From NCBI GenBank assembly GCA_027923505.1, contig BROI01000004.1, forward strand, positions 1,116,001 to 1,180,000: a stretch of 64,000 nucleotides of DNA. The letters run 5' to 3'. This DNA comes from Mayamaea pseudoterrestris. Taxonomy: Eukaryota. Of the stretch, positions 46,901 to 56,700 are shown one piece after another. The position numbers and the translations under genes are program-made. Below the pieces are notes generated by a model. That model was not told the origin of the DNA. It saw only the letters and a program-made list of their open reading frames with translations, and ran no database searches. Positions within the stretch are counted from its first letter, which is position 1. The number at the start of each line of letters is the position of its first letter.

Positions 46901-49900
46901 GCTAACCTTCATGGGAGAAGGTTTGCCCCATTCATCAAATTTCCAAATCACTGCATTGAAGAAGCATTTCGTTAATTCCAGCCTGCCGCCTGAGACGTGA
47001 AGCAGATGTGCCCATCTTTGAGAGTCAGCGCGGAGTCGTTCCAGTAGCGCGTGAGGAGGGATATCTTTGCGCTCGCCGTTTGTGAAAATATCAGAGTCGT
47101 CGACGAATAGTTGAATGGTGCGCTTTACTTTAAGTCTGCCAGTCGGATCCGTCATTGTCAATCCGTGTGCTTTTGCTTTCATTATGTTTGCCATTATTAT
47201 TGATACAAACCCCCATTGCATAGGGCTGTCGCATGCTCCTTGGCCATTACCATATAGTGGATGCGCGGCTGTGCTTGTGTATCTTGTCGATTCAGCAATT
47301 CCCGCCGCGGTTTTAATGCGGTACTCCATGCCTTCGAGTGCTTTTCCATGCAGTTTGCATAGTGAGGAAGGACAGCCGAAAGTCCTGTCCACCAGCCCTA
47401 CTGAGGACCCAATCATTCTGTCATAGCAGGCCTGTGCGTCTTTATTGGCGGTGGCCATATTTTCGCGCATTGCGTTGGCCCCATCTTTCACTAAAGTGGT
47501 TGCCAGAAGTAGTCTGCCAGAGCTGCGGCCTGGCCTTGACCCGTATTGTTGGTCGCCTAGTAGTTCCCTTGTTTCTGTGTGGCGGTTGAGTCTGTAGGCT
47601 AATTCTTTCAGTATCAGTTGGTAATCTGCTTGAAATAAATGGATGATGCGCAGCTTGTGTAGAAATGGTTTGCCAGGTATCTTAGGAAGGATAATATTCA
47701 ATGCCTGTAGCCAACGAGGTAGTGGTTCGCCACGGTCAATTGCCATATTCATAATCCGTACATGCAGCCGCATGATTGCGTCTCCCATTGACTCTTCCTC
47801 GTCGCTCACCGGCGCTTGTCCAGTTGGTGCGGATAACGCTCGATAGTGTCCGAGATGTCTTGTACCGTATGTGGCTGTGCTTTCCCGCCAGTGGTTAAAT
47901 GCTGACTTGCATGTGGCTTGATCAAGACGGAATATTAATTCGGGTGCTTTACGCTTACATTCGGCCAGAAACTCGCGAGTGGCCTCGGCGATTCCATTCA
48001 ATGAAGATGGTATGGCCCCATCCAATATTTGATCAACCTGTGAGGTGTCTGCTGCAGGGTTTATTGCGCTTTGCAGTGGTTCGACTGTGAACGGAGTCCC
48101 TTGTGCCTGGCCAAAATAAGCAATGTTCCGCGCCCGAAGATATTGACCAATGTCTGTTTCATCCTGAATAACATCCCACTCTGTCACCTCCTCAGGATTA
48201 TAAGGATACTCCTCCGGTGCCATGCCCTTTGGAATTAACAAGTGTGTCAAGCCCATTTTTCGGTTTCCTGTCATGTACCGTTTTATGGCTGCAAATGTCT
48301 CCTTGCTGCGTTCTGCTGCCATGATCTTGACAAGTGCCCGTTCCGCTGTATCGTTCCCTTCTAGCGCTGCCGCTTGCGCGCGTTCCTGCAAAAACTGCTT
48401 TCGCAAGTTTGAAGCATCGCGCTTGACTTGGCGGAGATCGCGGGCTGCCTGCTGTAAGCTGGAGCGAATCTGAGTCAACGTTGTTGGGGCTTGCGGATTA
48501 GGTCTGTTTGTTTTAAGTTTTGCTGCCCACTGCGCTAAGCGAAATTGCATGTCGCGTCCTGTCAACTTGGCTGTCTTAGCCGTGCTCCAGTATATCCAGC
48601 GTATGTTCGCTTGTAATAGTTGATCAGAGAATGGATATTTCTTCTGTTTAATGCTGGCTTCTGTAGCCTCCATGGCCTGAGAGATTTCATTGTCTAATTC
48701 AACCAGCTTTCCCCACCATGCGCTCAATGTCGACTCTGCTCTCTCCGACTCTATCTCGTCGAGACGTTCGTGGGCCCTCATGAGCTCAAGTGCTTGCGTC
48801 AATTTTGTTTGATAATGTTTTACGTCCCGAGGCCGTTTGCTGTTGAGCTTTCGTGCTGCTACTGATTCCATAGACGTGACGTCGCCCTGTAGGTATTTGA
48901 TTATATCAATGTCCACGAACAGGCCTCGATGGTCGGATTGTATGAGTTGATTGAAAGCCAGCATTCCTGCTGCTGTGATATAGGGCAGTACGTCACGCGA
49001 GACAAAAATATAATCGATTTTTGTGCTGCCTCGACTGTATGTCGCTGTTTGGCTATCGTCCGGATGGAAGTAATAATGGACGTCCACTAGGCCGTTTGCT
49101 ATTGCCCATTCCGCAATGTTGGTTGGTTTGTTGCGGTGATTTAAATACGCCTCGTTAGCATCCATCATCAATACTATGCCTTGTCGTCGCGCGGTTGTCT
49201 CTTGTAATACCAAGCCAAGATCCTTGAGCAAAGCCTGGCGAGGATCGACTTGTCGTTTCCCCGCTTCGCGCAGTAGTAACTCTTGCTGAGACCATGCCGT
49301 GTGGATGCCTGCTGTGCCGGTCCCGTCGTTGACTCTATATGCTGTATACACTGCCAACGATGCTCCTTCTTTACCTTGGATCGTTGTTTGTGTCCAGCGG
49401 CCCATGCCAGTAGGATCCTTGTCGACGTTCACGCATCTGCCAGTCCATTTGCCTAGCACCGCCAGTGCTGTGCCTCCAGGTTGATAGACACCCTTTAATG
49501 GTGTGATTGTGCTGCTTGACGTAGTTAGTGAACTAAACTCGCTGATTGCCTGCATGTCCTTTTTGCATTTGTCGTAGATTGTTTTTGTCCAATGGACATT
49601 GGTTTCCGCCAAGCCAAAAATTGAAACCTCATGTTCACCCATTTGTTGCAGTATCCACGGCCATTTATGTTGAGCCGAGCCCAGTCCATTCACATTCTGA
49701 AAATAAAACCGATTACTGTTTGGTTCGCAGATAGAGATAGGATCCCCGATTGGAAAGTTGTCTTTTGGTGTTAACACAAAAAAATCGTCCAGTGGTTGCT
49801 GCCGCTGATCGCTCGGTTGGTTCGGTCTGTCGCTGTGCTGATATATTTGCGATGGTATGAGCTGCCGGTGAGAGTATTGCCATTTGCTCCATTGCGTCAG

Positions 49901-50044
49901 AGTTGTTTGATTCGTAATTCGACGAGTGCTAGCTGAACTGGTTGCTCCTGTTGGTATATTCGTTTTGTTTTGTTTAATTCGTTTTCTTATTTGCTGGTGT
50001 GTCTGCTTTGTCGCTGCGCTGTGTTGCTGTGCGTGTAGTATCAC
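43970..50044 (-). CDS. LINE ORF2: AP endonuclease, reverse transcriptase, RNase H and a C-terminal Cys/His knuckle
   Basis: APE: FQNVNG, GLAETN, MMDAN, TKIDYIF, SDHRG. RT: QYGSRPG, DAQACYDR, GQG..SP, FVDD. RNH: CSDGG, SFRAEGYG, CDN, HIKGHQD, NVQADAQA. Knuckle: CCKC..EDANHVLTC. No ATG precedes the APE domain. Confidence 0.93.
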   Translation of the reverse strand: MILHAQQHSAATKQTHQQIRKRIKQNKTNIPTGATSSASTRRITNQTTLTQWSKWQYSHRQLIPSQIYQHSDRPNQPSDQRQQPLDDFFVLTPKDNFPIGDPISICEPNSNRFYFQNVNGLGSAQHKWPWILQQMGEHEVSIFGLAETNVHWTKTIYDKCKKDMQAISEFSSLTTSSSTITPLKGVYQPGGTALAVLGKWTGRCVNVDKDPTGMGRWTQTTIQGKEGASLAVYTAYRVNDGTGTAGIHTAWSQQELLLREAGKRQVDPRQALLKDLGLVLQETTARRQGIVLMMDANEAYLNHRNKPTNIAEWAIANGLVDVHYYFHPDDSQTATYSRGSTKIDYIFVSRDVLPYITAAGMLAFNQLIQSDHRGLFVDIDIIKYLQGDVTSMESVAARKLNSKRPRDVKHYQTKLTQALELMRAHERLDEIESERAESTLSAWWGKLVELDNEISQAMEATEASIKQKKYPFSDQLLQANIRWIYWSTAKTAKLTGRDMQFRLAQWAAKLKTNRPNPQAPTTLTQIRSSLQQAARDLRQVKRDASNLRKQFLQERAQAAALEGNDTAERALVKIMAAERSKETFAAIKRYMTGNRKMGLTHLLIPKGMAPEEYPYNPEEVTEWDVIQDETDIGQYLRARNIAYFGQAQGTPFTVEPLQSAINPAADTSQVDQILDGAIPSSLNGIAEATREFLAECKRKAPELIFRLDQATCKSAFNHWRESTATYGTRHLGHYRALSAPTGQAPVSDEEESMGDAIMRLHVRIMNMAIDRGEPLPRWLQALNIILPKIPGKPFLHKLRIIHLFQADYQLILKELAYRLNRHTETRELLGDQQYGSRPGRSSGRLLLATTLVKDGANAMRENMATANKDAQACYDRMIGSSVGLVDRTFGCPSSLCKLHGKALEGMEYRIKTAAGIAESTRYTSTAAHPLYGNGQGACDSPMQWGFVSIIMANIMKAKAHGLTMTDPTGRLKVKRTIQLFVDDSDIFTNGERKDIPPHALLERLRADSQRWAHLLHVSGGRLELTKCFFNAVIWKFDEWGKPSPMKVSDLGNPQTRLTQGDEFADLNIQECTKGYKTLGQYHALVGVPREERQRLQAKAGHYIKKLFNHGLTRDQALIAYHQVYTPGMTYAIGTTPLFPRELQEIQAPATTAFLPALGLNRHMPRALIYGPVDFGGMGLTDLSVEAGVEATALAITHLRDSNSTEGTMLRIALRNRQLEAGTRRMLLEEPSQHIPYLAPGWIPNLRNFLATIDHSLQIPTESEQQLPREEDVFIMDEITRYTTNATKLERINACRLYLQVTFLSEISTSDGLRLDDAYLYETAQPRPNRLNWTQQQNPGKKGWALFRKAVTTTFAKPHYTGMNRELRNPLGGWLIPPTHLAQLWESVIHPDTATLYRWNGHEWSIHPQIPIESHTRRSNRTNIPGQWFSEHATNTSIQLPPGCVPTTLLQRRNHFAAPAPSLFYSPSTDIKYTTFAHYLREYPSWDKELRQHIQLYCTDADLEIMLRTNSKLVHCSDGGVKDGLGSFGWILAIQDTETIIAQNMGPAPGDSEMMSSFRAEGYGGLSAMQFLVHAVNYFNIPKQERVFQWKWICDNLGLLKRLARLQSNIPCTGLNLKTDSDVCQQLIHLLPEVPHHQMQHIKGHQDKPGAKLTFEAQLNVQADAQATKYYNDQILPRLQNDSNKAYAQAEQVTTMPHSGAQLLNLHNKRYPRAITSRIREHLRNAALTPDLRNYLITKYGWDDSIPDLINWNAYAKARKKLQWSQFAKVAKLSNGWAATAAFLHKQNPDETDKCCKCNRVEDANHVLTCTSRHKAQVQYLVKMHTILTTYRVHHHIESSIMQGIRRFLGLPQEPHHWSSEQIKSAYTTQESIGWDRFVFGHIGTEWMALQQEHEMTLPALKHPRQPEQWVVQTIQLGWEFIGEAWTQRNEDKHGRDKAKELLMQGSLQAQIITAYGNKDRLSMQSQRFFAQTIEEKGSEAPYEIKAWLRHVTRLIQAEVATEVERNRDGNQDIRRFFKPREGVG

Positions 50045-50388
50045 GTGTTGTGTCGCGTGTCGCGTCGCGTCGCTTGTTGCTTCGCGTGTTGTGTCGCGTG
50101 ATACCTCTCGTGGTGCACTGCTTCGTTGCTTTCATTTGGTGGTATTGCTGCGTTTGTCGTGTCGTCTGTCGAGTCGCTCTCGTGCCCCTCCGATGTGCTT
50201 CGTTTTGATTGTCGATGTTTTGTTTTGTTTTGTTTGTTTGTGCGTGTTTGCGTGTTACTGGTTTTGCTTATATTATTCATTATTTGTGCTATGTTAATTT
50301 CCTCTGTTGATGGTTCGTGATTTGTGTTGTGTCGTCGAGTCGTTTCCTCCGTTGACTCGGAGTCAAGGCGCCTCTTGGTGCCTAGCAT
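50041..50388 (-). CDS. 115-aa inter-ORF, probably the frameshifted N-terminus of LINE ORF2
   Basis: Its ATG overlaps the ORF1 stop (ATGCTAG). Deleting one 5-nt CGCGA unit at ~50060-50073 fuses it to ORF2 (2137 aa). Confidence 0.6.
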   Translation of the reverse strand: MLGTKRRLDSESTEETTRRHNTNHEPSTEEINIAQIMNNISKTSNTQTRTNKQNKTKHRQSKRSTSEGHESDSTDDTTNAAIPPNESNEAVHHERYHATQHAKQQATRRDTRHNT

Positions 50389-52625
50389 GATGGTTTGCCC
50401 GAGCGGCTGGCGTCGCCGACGGGTGATCTTTTATAAGGGTTTGTTATAGTGCTTGCCGATGGTTTCGTTTGCGTTTCCTCAAAGTCGATATCTTCGTCGC
50501 CCCATCCTTCATTTCCGTTAGAAGGGTCTAGTGTGCTGGGCTGGGGATATGTCTTGTCTTCGTCTACTTCGTTGTCGTCGTCCTCATCGTCAATGCTCAA
50601 CGCCTGAAAAGAGTTTGCCGATTCGAATTGGTTCGGCTCCATGTCATTACTGCGAAAAATCGCTTGGTCTTGAGTCTTGCGTGCCTTCCGCGCTGGTGAG
50701 TCTGCAGTGGTGCTGGTCGTTGATGGCTGGAGCGCCTGTATCTGCTTTGCCATGGTTTCAATGCGTTCGTTCAATGTCGCGTTCATGCTCATCATTCGTG
50801 CAAACTGCTGTTCATTCTGCTCCCTTGTTTGTTGTTCGCGTTTCGCAGCCTCCATCTGCTGTAAATGCTGGGCTTTTTGATACGTCTCCTGCTGTTTGTA
50901 CATCGTCTCAATTAATTGAAAAGGTACTGCCAGCTGTGTAGTGATGTAGCTGTTCACGTTTTGCATAAAGTGGTCCATTTTTGTGTCGAGTGATGCGACA
51001 GCCGTAATTAGCGAATTGTCGTGGCTTTCCTGGCTCTGGCTGATCATTGTGTGCTGGTTCATGTTCTGGGTCGTGTTCTGGTTCGTGTACTGGTTCATGT
51101 GTGTTGTTGTCGTGGTGGATCTGTGAGGTGTGATGCTCATTTGATCGGTGCTGTTGTTGGCTGGCGTGCTGCTAGTGGTCCAAGCATTGTTGCCGACACT
51201 TCTTTCTAGCGAGAGCCCGCCTCCTCGTCCAAATCCGCGGCCTGGGTCGCCTCTGCCTGCTGGGTTGCCTCTGCCAAATGGATCGCCTCTGCCGAATGGA
51301 TCGCCTCGGCCGAACGGATCGCCTCGGCCGGCCGCTAGTCGTCGCTGTCGTGCTCCTGCTGTGCCATGGTGGCCTCGCTGGAGGCGTGGAGGTGTATTGG
51401 TAATCGCCTCGCTTGGTTCTGTTTCCGCTACATTAATTCCTTTCAATCGCAGTCGCTCTTCAAAATTGCGTTTGAGTATTAGCGGCGCTCTTGGTACAGC
51501 GCGAGAAAAGTCAATGTATGGATCGCTTTGATCTGACGTGAGTTGATTGTTCTGTTTCATTTGCCGGAGCTCGATATTCAGGTTATCCACCAGCCGTTCG
51601 ACTTCCTCCTTGTTGTCTGCCTTGCAGTGAATTGTGAATTTATCGCTGGCGTACGCCTTTGAACGTGCGTTGACTCGCGTTACTCCTGGGATCATCGCAA
51701 AGTACTCGTAGACCCTTAGCCCACCGTTTAGTTCAACCTCAAATGTCGCTGCCGTAAAGCCACATACTTGGACTATATCGTATTTCGCCTCGTTTTGTGT
51801 CATTAATTGCATCAGCATATTGTATTTTCGTTCTTCCGGTTTGCGAAGCATTTGGTATCCGCTCGTTGCATGCTGGAAGACTTCGTCATTATCATCGCCT
51901 TTTTCGTCATCTTCGCGTTCCATTATATCTGCTACTACTCTTGCCATTTCGCGTGGAGTAAACACGACGATGCAATCCCTCTCAGTTGTCGATTGAAATG
52001 ACTTGGGAATCGGTCTCGCTTGAATTTGGAGCTCGATAAACTTGGATCCTTTGCATTTTGTGGGACACAGTGCATCCCTTTCTGTTTTGTTTGCTGCTGC
52101 CCATACGTATGCCTTTGTCTTCTGATCCAGCTCCTCTTTGTCGGTCGCTTTCACTGCCGCCATGGGGAGGACGACGGCGATGTCGTACTGTCGTTGCGCG
52201 CCGTATCGTAATTCCACGACATAGAAGCTCTGCCGCTTGAGCCATGCCATAAAAGTTTGGTTTTGTTTTACTTGTGCAAGTGTTGTTGTTGATGTCTTTT
52301 TAAAATCGACGCGAATCTTTTGACCCTGTCGTAGGTCGACCGTTGTTGGTGCGAAGCAGTCGATATATCCCTGGCCTGAATCCGGAAAATCGTCGACGGT
52401 GATCGTTGTACGTCCTTCTACTCCAAAGACTGTAGTTTTATCTACTTTGATTAATTCCTTCAATAATCCTTCCATAGCTTCGTGTTGTCTTGCTGGTGTT
52501 GTGCCGGCGTTGAATGTGACGCGCCAAGAGTCCGGTCTAATTATTTCGAGAGCCGTTGGACCGTTTTCGTCCTCTGTTTCCATTGGAATGCCTTGGTTTA
52601 CTTTATTATCAACATCGAGCGCCAT
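50382..52625 (-). CDS. LINE ORF1 (gag-like nucleic-acid-binding protein) with RG-rich repeats and a Q/E coiled coil
   Basis: Intact 747-aa ORF directly upstream of ORF2 on the same strand. Confidence 0.8.
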   Translation of the reverse strand: MALDVDNKVNQGIPMETEDENGPTALEIIRPDSWRVTFNAGTTPARQHEAMEGLLKELIKVDKTTVFGVEGRTTITVDDFPDSGQGYIDCFAPTTVDLRQGQKIRVDFKKTSTTTLAQVKQNQTFMAWLKRQSFYVVELRYGAQRQYDIAVVLPMAAVKATDKEELDQKTKAYVWAAANKTERDALCPTKCKGSKFIELQIQARPIPKSFQSTTERDCIVVFTPREMARVVADIMEREDDEKGDDNDEVFQHATSGYQMLRKPEERKYNMLMQLMTQNEAKYDIVQVCGFTAATFEVELNGGLRVYEYFAMIPGVTRVNARSKAYASDKFTIHCKADNKEEVERLVDNLNIELRQMKQNNQLTSDQSDPYIDFSRAVPRAPLILKRNFEERLRLKGINVAETEPSEAITNTPPRLQRGHHGTAGARQRRLAAGRGDPFGRGDPFGRGDPFGRGNPAGRGDPGRGFGRGGGLSLERSVGNNAWTTSSTPANNSTDQMSITPHRSTTTTTHMNQYTNQNTTQNMNQHTMISQSQESHDNSLITAVASLDTKMDHFMQNVNSYITTQLAVPFQLIETMYKQQETYQKAQHLQQMEAAKREQQTREQNEQQFARMMSMNATLNERIETMAKQIQALQPSTTSTTADSPARKARKTQDQAIFRSNDMEPNQFESANSFQALSIDDEDDDNEVDEDKTYPQPSTLDPSNGNEGWGDEDIDFEETQTKPSASTITNPYKRSPVGDASRSGKPSC
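51215..51330 (-). repeat. 18-bp coding tandem repeat (GRGDPF x3, GRGNPA, GRGDPG, RGFGRGGG)
   Basis: Direct repeats visible in both DNA and protein. Confidence 0.9.
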
Positions 52626-53418
52626 GATGGACTCTTTGTTTTGCTCCCGCCGGGATTTTTTGTGGTTCGACGATTTGTGTTTCTACGCGAAAAAGCTACT
52701 TGTTTTCAGTACTACAGGGGTTATGGGTCCAATTCCAAATACGAACGTGAAATTGTGGCTTTGTTATTGCGGTGTTTGAGCTGGCTTTTCATTTGTGTGG
52801 CGTTGAGCAGTCTCTCAAATCTCTTCGCACTGGAGCTTGTCAAAATACTTACAAAGCTCGGCTACTTCCATACCTTGGTGGCTGACATGCAGCAACACGT
52901 TCAGCTTTTGGCTGGTGTTTAACAGGTTGCTTGGTAAATGCCCAATTGCGAGTTTGTTTGGGTGTGAAGATATCATCAATCACGTCCGGGTTGCCTGTAC
53001 TTTTGGGATTCTGGATTGGTCAAAATGAGAGGTGGTTCAGGATTCCAAGTTCCTTTAAGCCACACCAGCGGCATTCGCAGCAAACAGTCCCTTCAAGCTT
53101 TCCTTGTTCTTCAGTTCGGAGTGGCGCATGTCCCGTGGGGCATTCACTGGCAATTCCAAAGTAGTCGTGGTCATCCGGAACAATGACCTGATCGTGGATG
53201 ACCATTTGGTTGCAGCACACCAACAACAAACCAGTCTGCTCCTTTGTTGTTGTTATTGCTGCAGCTCATATTTCCTGGATCACCCCGAGTCTCCCATCAA
53301 GACCGGTAAATATAGATTTTGAAGTCTTCCTCCATCAAGATGTCTTCCGACTGGCTCTCCTACTACTCGGATCTGAGTCGCAACTGTCGCGTTCTTCCTC
53401 CACTCTACAATGGACTCG

Positions 53419-53728
53419 TTGCAGGATGCGAACGAAAACAGCGAAAATTGGGCAAGTCACACCGAATGTCCGATAGGGTGACACAGCGGCACTCGCGACT
53501 CACCACAGCCTCACGATCGCGTGATGCGTGGCAGCGACGGCTTCGAAGCAATTCAACGAGTATATTGCTGAAACTAGTGCGATATAGAGTAGAAACAAGC
53601 AGACTTACTAAGCTTGAAGAGTTAAAAGAGCGATTTATTCGTCTCTCGTATTGTAGCAACTGCAAGCTTGGATTGGCCATAAAGGACAGCTACAGCGAAA
53701 GGTGCAACGATTTGATTTACAAGTTACA
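53419..53728 (+). repeat. 5' LTR (310 bp)
   Basis: Runs TTGCAGG...GTTACA and matches the 3' LTR. Confidence 0.93.
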
Positions 53729-56700
53729 AGATTAACACTGTCTTGAGACTCATTGCCTCGGCATAGAGACTTTATCGATGAAGAGTACTATTGATTTATG
53801 AAGTAACGTGGCGACGCATGTTGGTTCTTGGCCCGAAAGAAAGTTCCGCAGGTGATAGCAAGAACATTGTCACGACGACAACAAATGGCGAACGAAAGGG
53901 CGCGCCGCGGCTTTCGCGCATGTTTACAAAGAGAACGTAGGCGTTTTCCAGGATCCTCAGTTCAAGGAGTTATTCGACAAACTTGGAGTAGAATCACTTA
54001 CGCAATTGATCGAGATGGAGTATGACAATTTCGCGATGAAGTGGAACGTCACGACGACGCGACGACGATGGCGATGGCGACAATGTCACGAGAAATGATT
54101 TAAACACTCGCTAACGAAGATGAATATCGGCGCGAAGAACGCGGACAGATGGTTCAAGACCATCAACGACAGTCGAAACGTCTGAGCGACGTTCGTCACA
54201 GCATGAGCGAAGGAACGAGTCCAAGCACGCAACATTGCGAGTGTGGGCAGCGGAAGCGGAGCGAAACCTCCAGCAAAAGAAGGCGAAATGGAATCCAAGA
54301 AGGACGAATCCAAGGACTCCATGCTATCAAACGAGGCGATGGAGCGAAACCCGACTCGGCTGACAAGGTGCCACCGACGAGCGTGGACGTGGACACAAAG
54401 CAGTCACCAACATCCGTATTGGACCTCGGCGACGACGAAGACGACGAGAAGTATTCAGACCAATTTACAAAGTCTATCAAGTTCTCGGCGAAGGATTGTA
54501 AAGAAATGAAGCTGGATTCCTCATGGAAGCAGTGGATTTCCGAGTTGAAAGTCATCGCTACATTGCGCGACTTCCACGAAGTCTTTGACGATGATTATGA
54601 CCCGAAGGAAAAGGGACCAAAGGAACAGAAGGTGTATGCAAAGAAGAATGTGTTTGTGTACAGAATCTTTCTCACACACTGTCGAACTCCATCTGCATCA
54701 CTCGCAGTACAGCAGTTCAAGAAGACGATGGACGGACGCGAAGTCTACCAACGATTGCAAACGCGATACGAAGAAGGCGCTACTGCTCACATCGAGAAGG
54801 AACGCGCGCAAACGGAACTGCAGGGAATGCGGCTGACCGAGAAGTGGTCACGGCCGACGATCGAATTTCTCGCACTGTTCTACAAGAAAGTCATCTGGCT
54901 GCTCGAAATGGACGCAGAAGCTCTGACAGGTTTACAACAATACGACATGCTACACGACGCTTTCTCCAAGCACACTGGATTCAGTGCATCGCTAGCAGGT
55001 TTTGACGGAATGATTGCCATCAAGAAACACATGGGGCAACACGACTCGGAAGACAATTTCGCGCAGTTGAACACGCACTTAGAAGAGTGCTGCATCAAGT
55101 ATGACAAGAAACACCCATCGACGACAAAGACTAAGCGCACAATCAATCAAGCGCAGTCTAGTGGAACGAAAGGAGGCGGCAGCGGCAATGGCGGCGCGAC
55201 TCCAAGCAGCTTATCGGCGGAACGATTTGCAGCGATCATGAAGAAACCTCACGCGAGCGTGAAGGATGAAGTCTGGTTGGAGATGAAGTTCGATCAGTGA
55301 AAGCAGTTGAAGGACAAGCGTGCGACGGCGCCCAAGACACCCGAAAACGGATGGCGACTGCGCAACCAACAAGGCACGGCTACGACGCAGACGCAAGTCA
55401 AGGCGGTGCATCAAGAGCATCACGCAACGGAATCTGTAGCGAACGATCACGCAAGCGTTCCTGGCACGATTAATATTCAGCCAGGCAATAGTGGAATGTC
55501 AGTCCAAACGGCTGCACGATCGGTTCTGCAAGCAAACAATGCAAGTACTACAACTCAGCAAGTGACAGGATCGTTGACGACTGATAACACCGGACGAGGT
55601 ACATTCAGCTTCAACATGCATCGTCGTATGCGCGTCAATCGCGCACACTACGAGCGGATCAACGAAGGCGCACTCATCGACAGCGGCGCGAACGGAGGCT
55701 TATGCGGAGGAGACATGCTCGTCGTTTCGGAAATGAACGCCGAGGTGGATGTGACTGGTATTGACAATCATATTGTCCCAGCTCTCAAGATTGGCACTGC
55801 AGCTGGACTGGCTAAGACCCTTAGTGGCGAAACCATTCTACTGATGTGTCACCAGTATGCTTTAAAGCGAGACGGACCAACGATTCATTGCCCGAATCAA
55901 TTGCGCGCAATGGGACATCGAGTCGACGATATATCGACCCTGTTTGGTGGAACGCAACGAATTACGACGAACATTGGAGGCTACGTTTTGCCATTGGCGA
56001 TTCAGGGCTACGCCTGGTGTATTTGGACGTGACGAAACCCATGTTCGATGATTTGGATAAGTATCCGACTGTCACGATGACGTCGGACGTGCCGTGGAAT
56101 CCGACTGTTTACGATGTCAAGCACGCACACAACAATTTCGACAAACGCAATCACGATTATGGATCTTTCGATGAACGATTCGACGATGACGGTATTACGC
56201 ACCGCAATTGTCACACGCCGACATGCACTGGCGACGAACTTGACGTACTGATCAATCGGTGCGTGCGACACGCTCAGTTTTCACGCGTTAATTTGCGGAA
56301 GCTACGAAGCAAGGAACCGGACTACAACGCTCTTCGGCCGTACCTCGGATGGGTTCCGACTGAGCGATTTCAACAGACTTTATGACACACGGAAGCATGG
56401 TATCATCTCAGCAAACATCCGCGATTACCATTTCGACACCTCACGAAATTGAGATTTCTGGCCGCGAACGTTCAGCGGTTGCGCAAACTATTCGCCATGG
56501 ACACGATACACTCTGACACGCCAGCTTTGGATGATGGAATTCTAGGGCATGGGGGAGCTACTAAGATGCAGCTCTTTGTTGGACAAGAAAGTTTTTACAC
56601 GCGCGGCTACCCAATGAAGTCGGAGAGTGAAATGTCAAACGCGTTAGAGGATTTTATCCGCGAAGTGGGCGCTCCTAATGGACTGCTCAGCGACAACGCC

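Larger units (their letters stand above)
43830..52850 (-). mobile_element. Near-full-length non-LTR retrotransposon (L1-group, Ambal-like) with ORF1 and an APE-RT-RNase H ORF2; ends approximate
   Basis: Two long ORFs plus 5' and 3' UTRs. No LTRs and no obvious poly(A) tail. Confidence 0.92.

Noticed and set aside
51215..51330. RGD integrin-binding motifs, or a CRISPR-like array
   Set aside because: Intracellular LINE ORF1; contiguous coding repeat without spacers.
43761..52854. 12-bp direct match AAATACTTACAA (43761-43772 and 52843-52854) as the LINE TSD
   Set aside because: The left copy is ~60 bp inside host coding sequence rather than at the LINE 3' end, and the match stops after 12 bp. 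It could be chance or the remnant of a long TSD; it cannot be resolved without an empty allele.
55298..55300. TGA between gag and protease as programmed readthrough or selenocysteine
   Set aside because: The element has several other stops and frameshifts; CGA>TGA decay is simpler.
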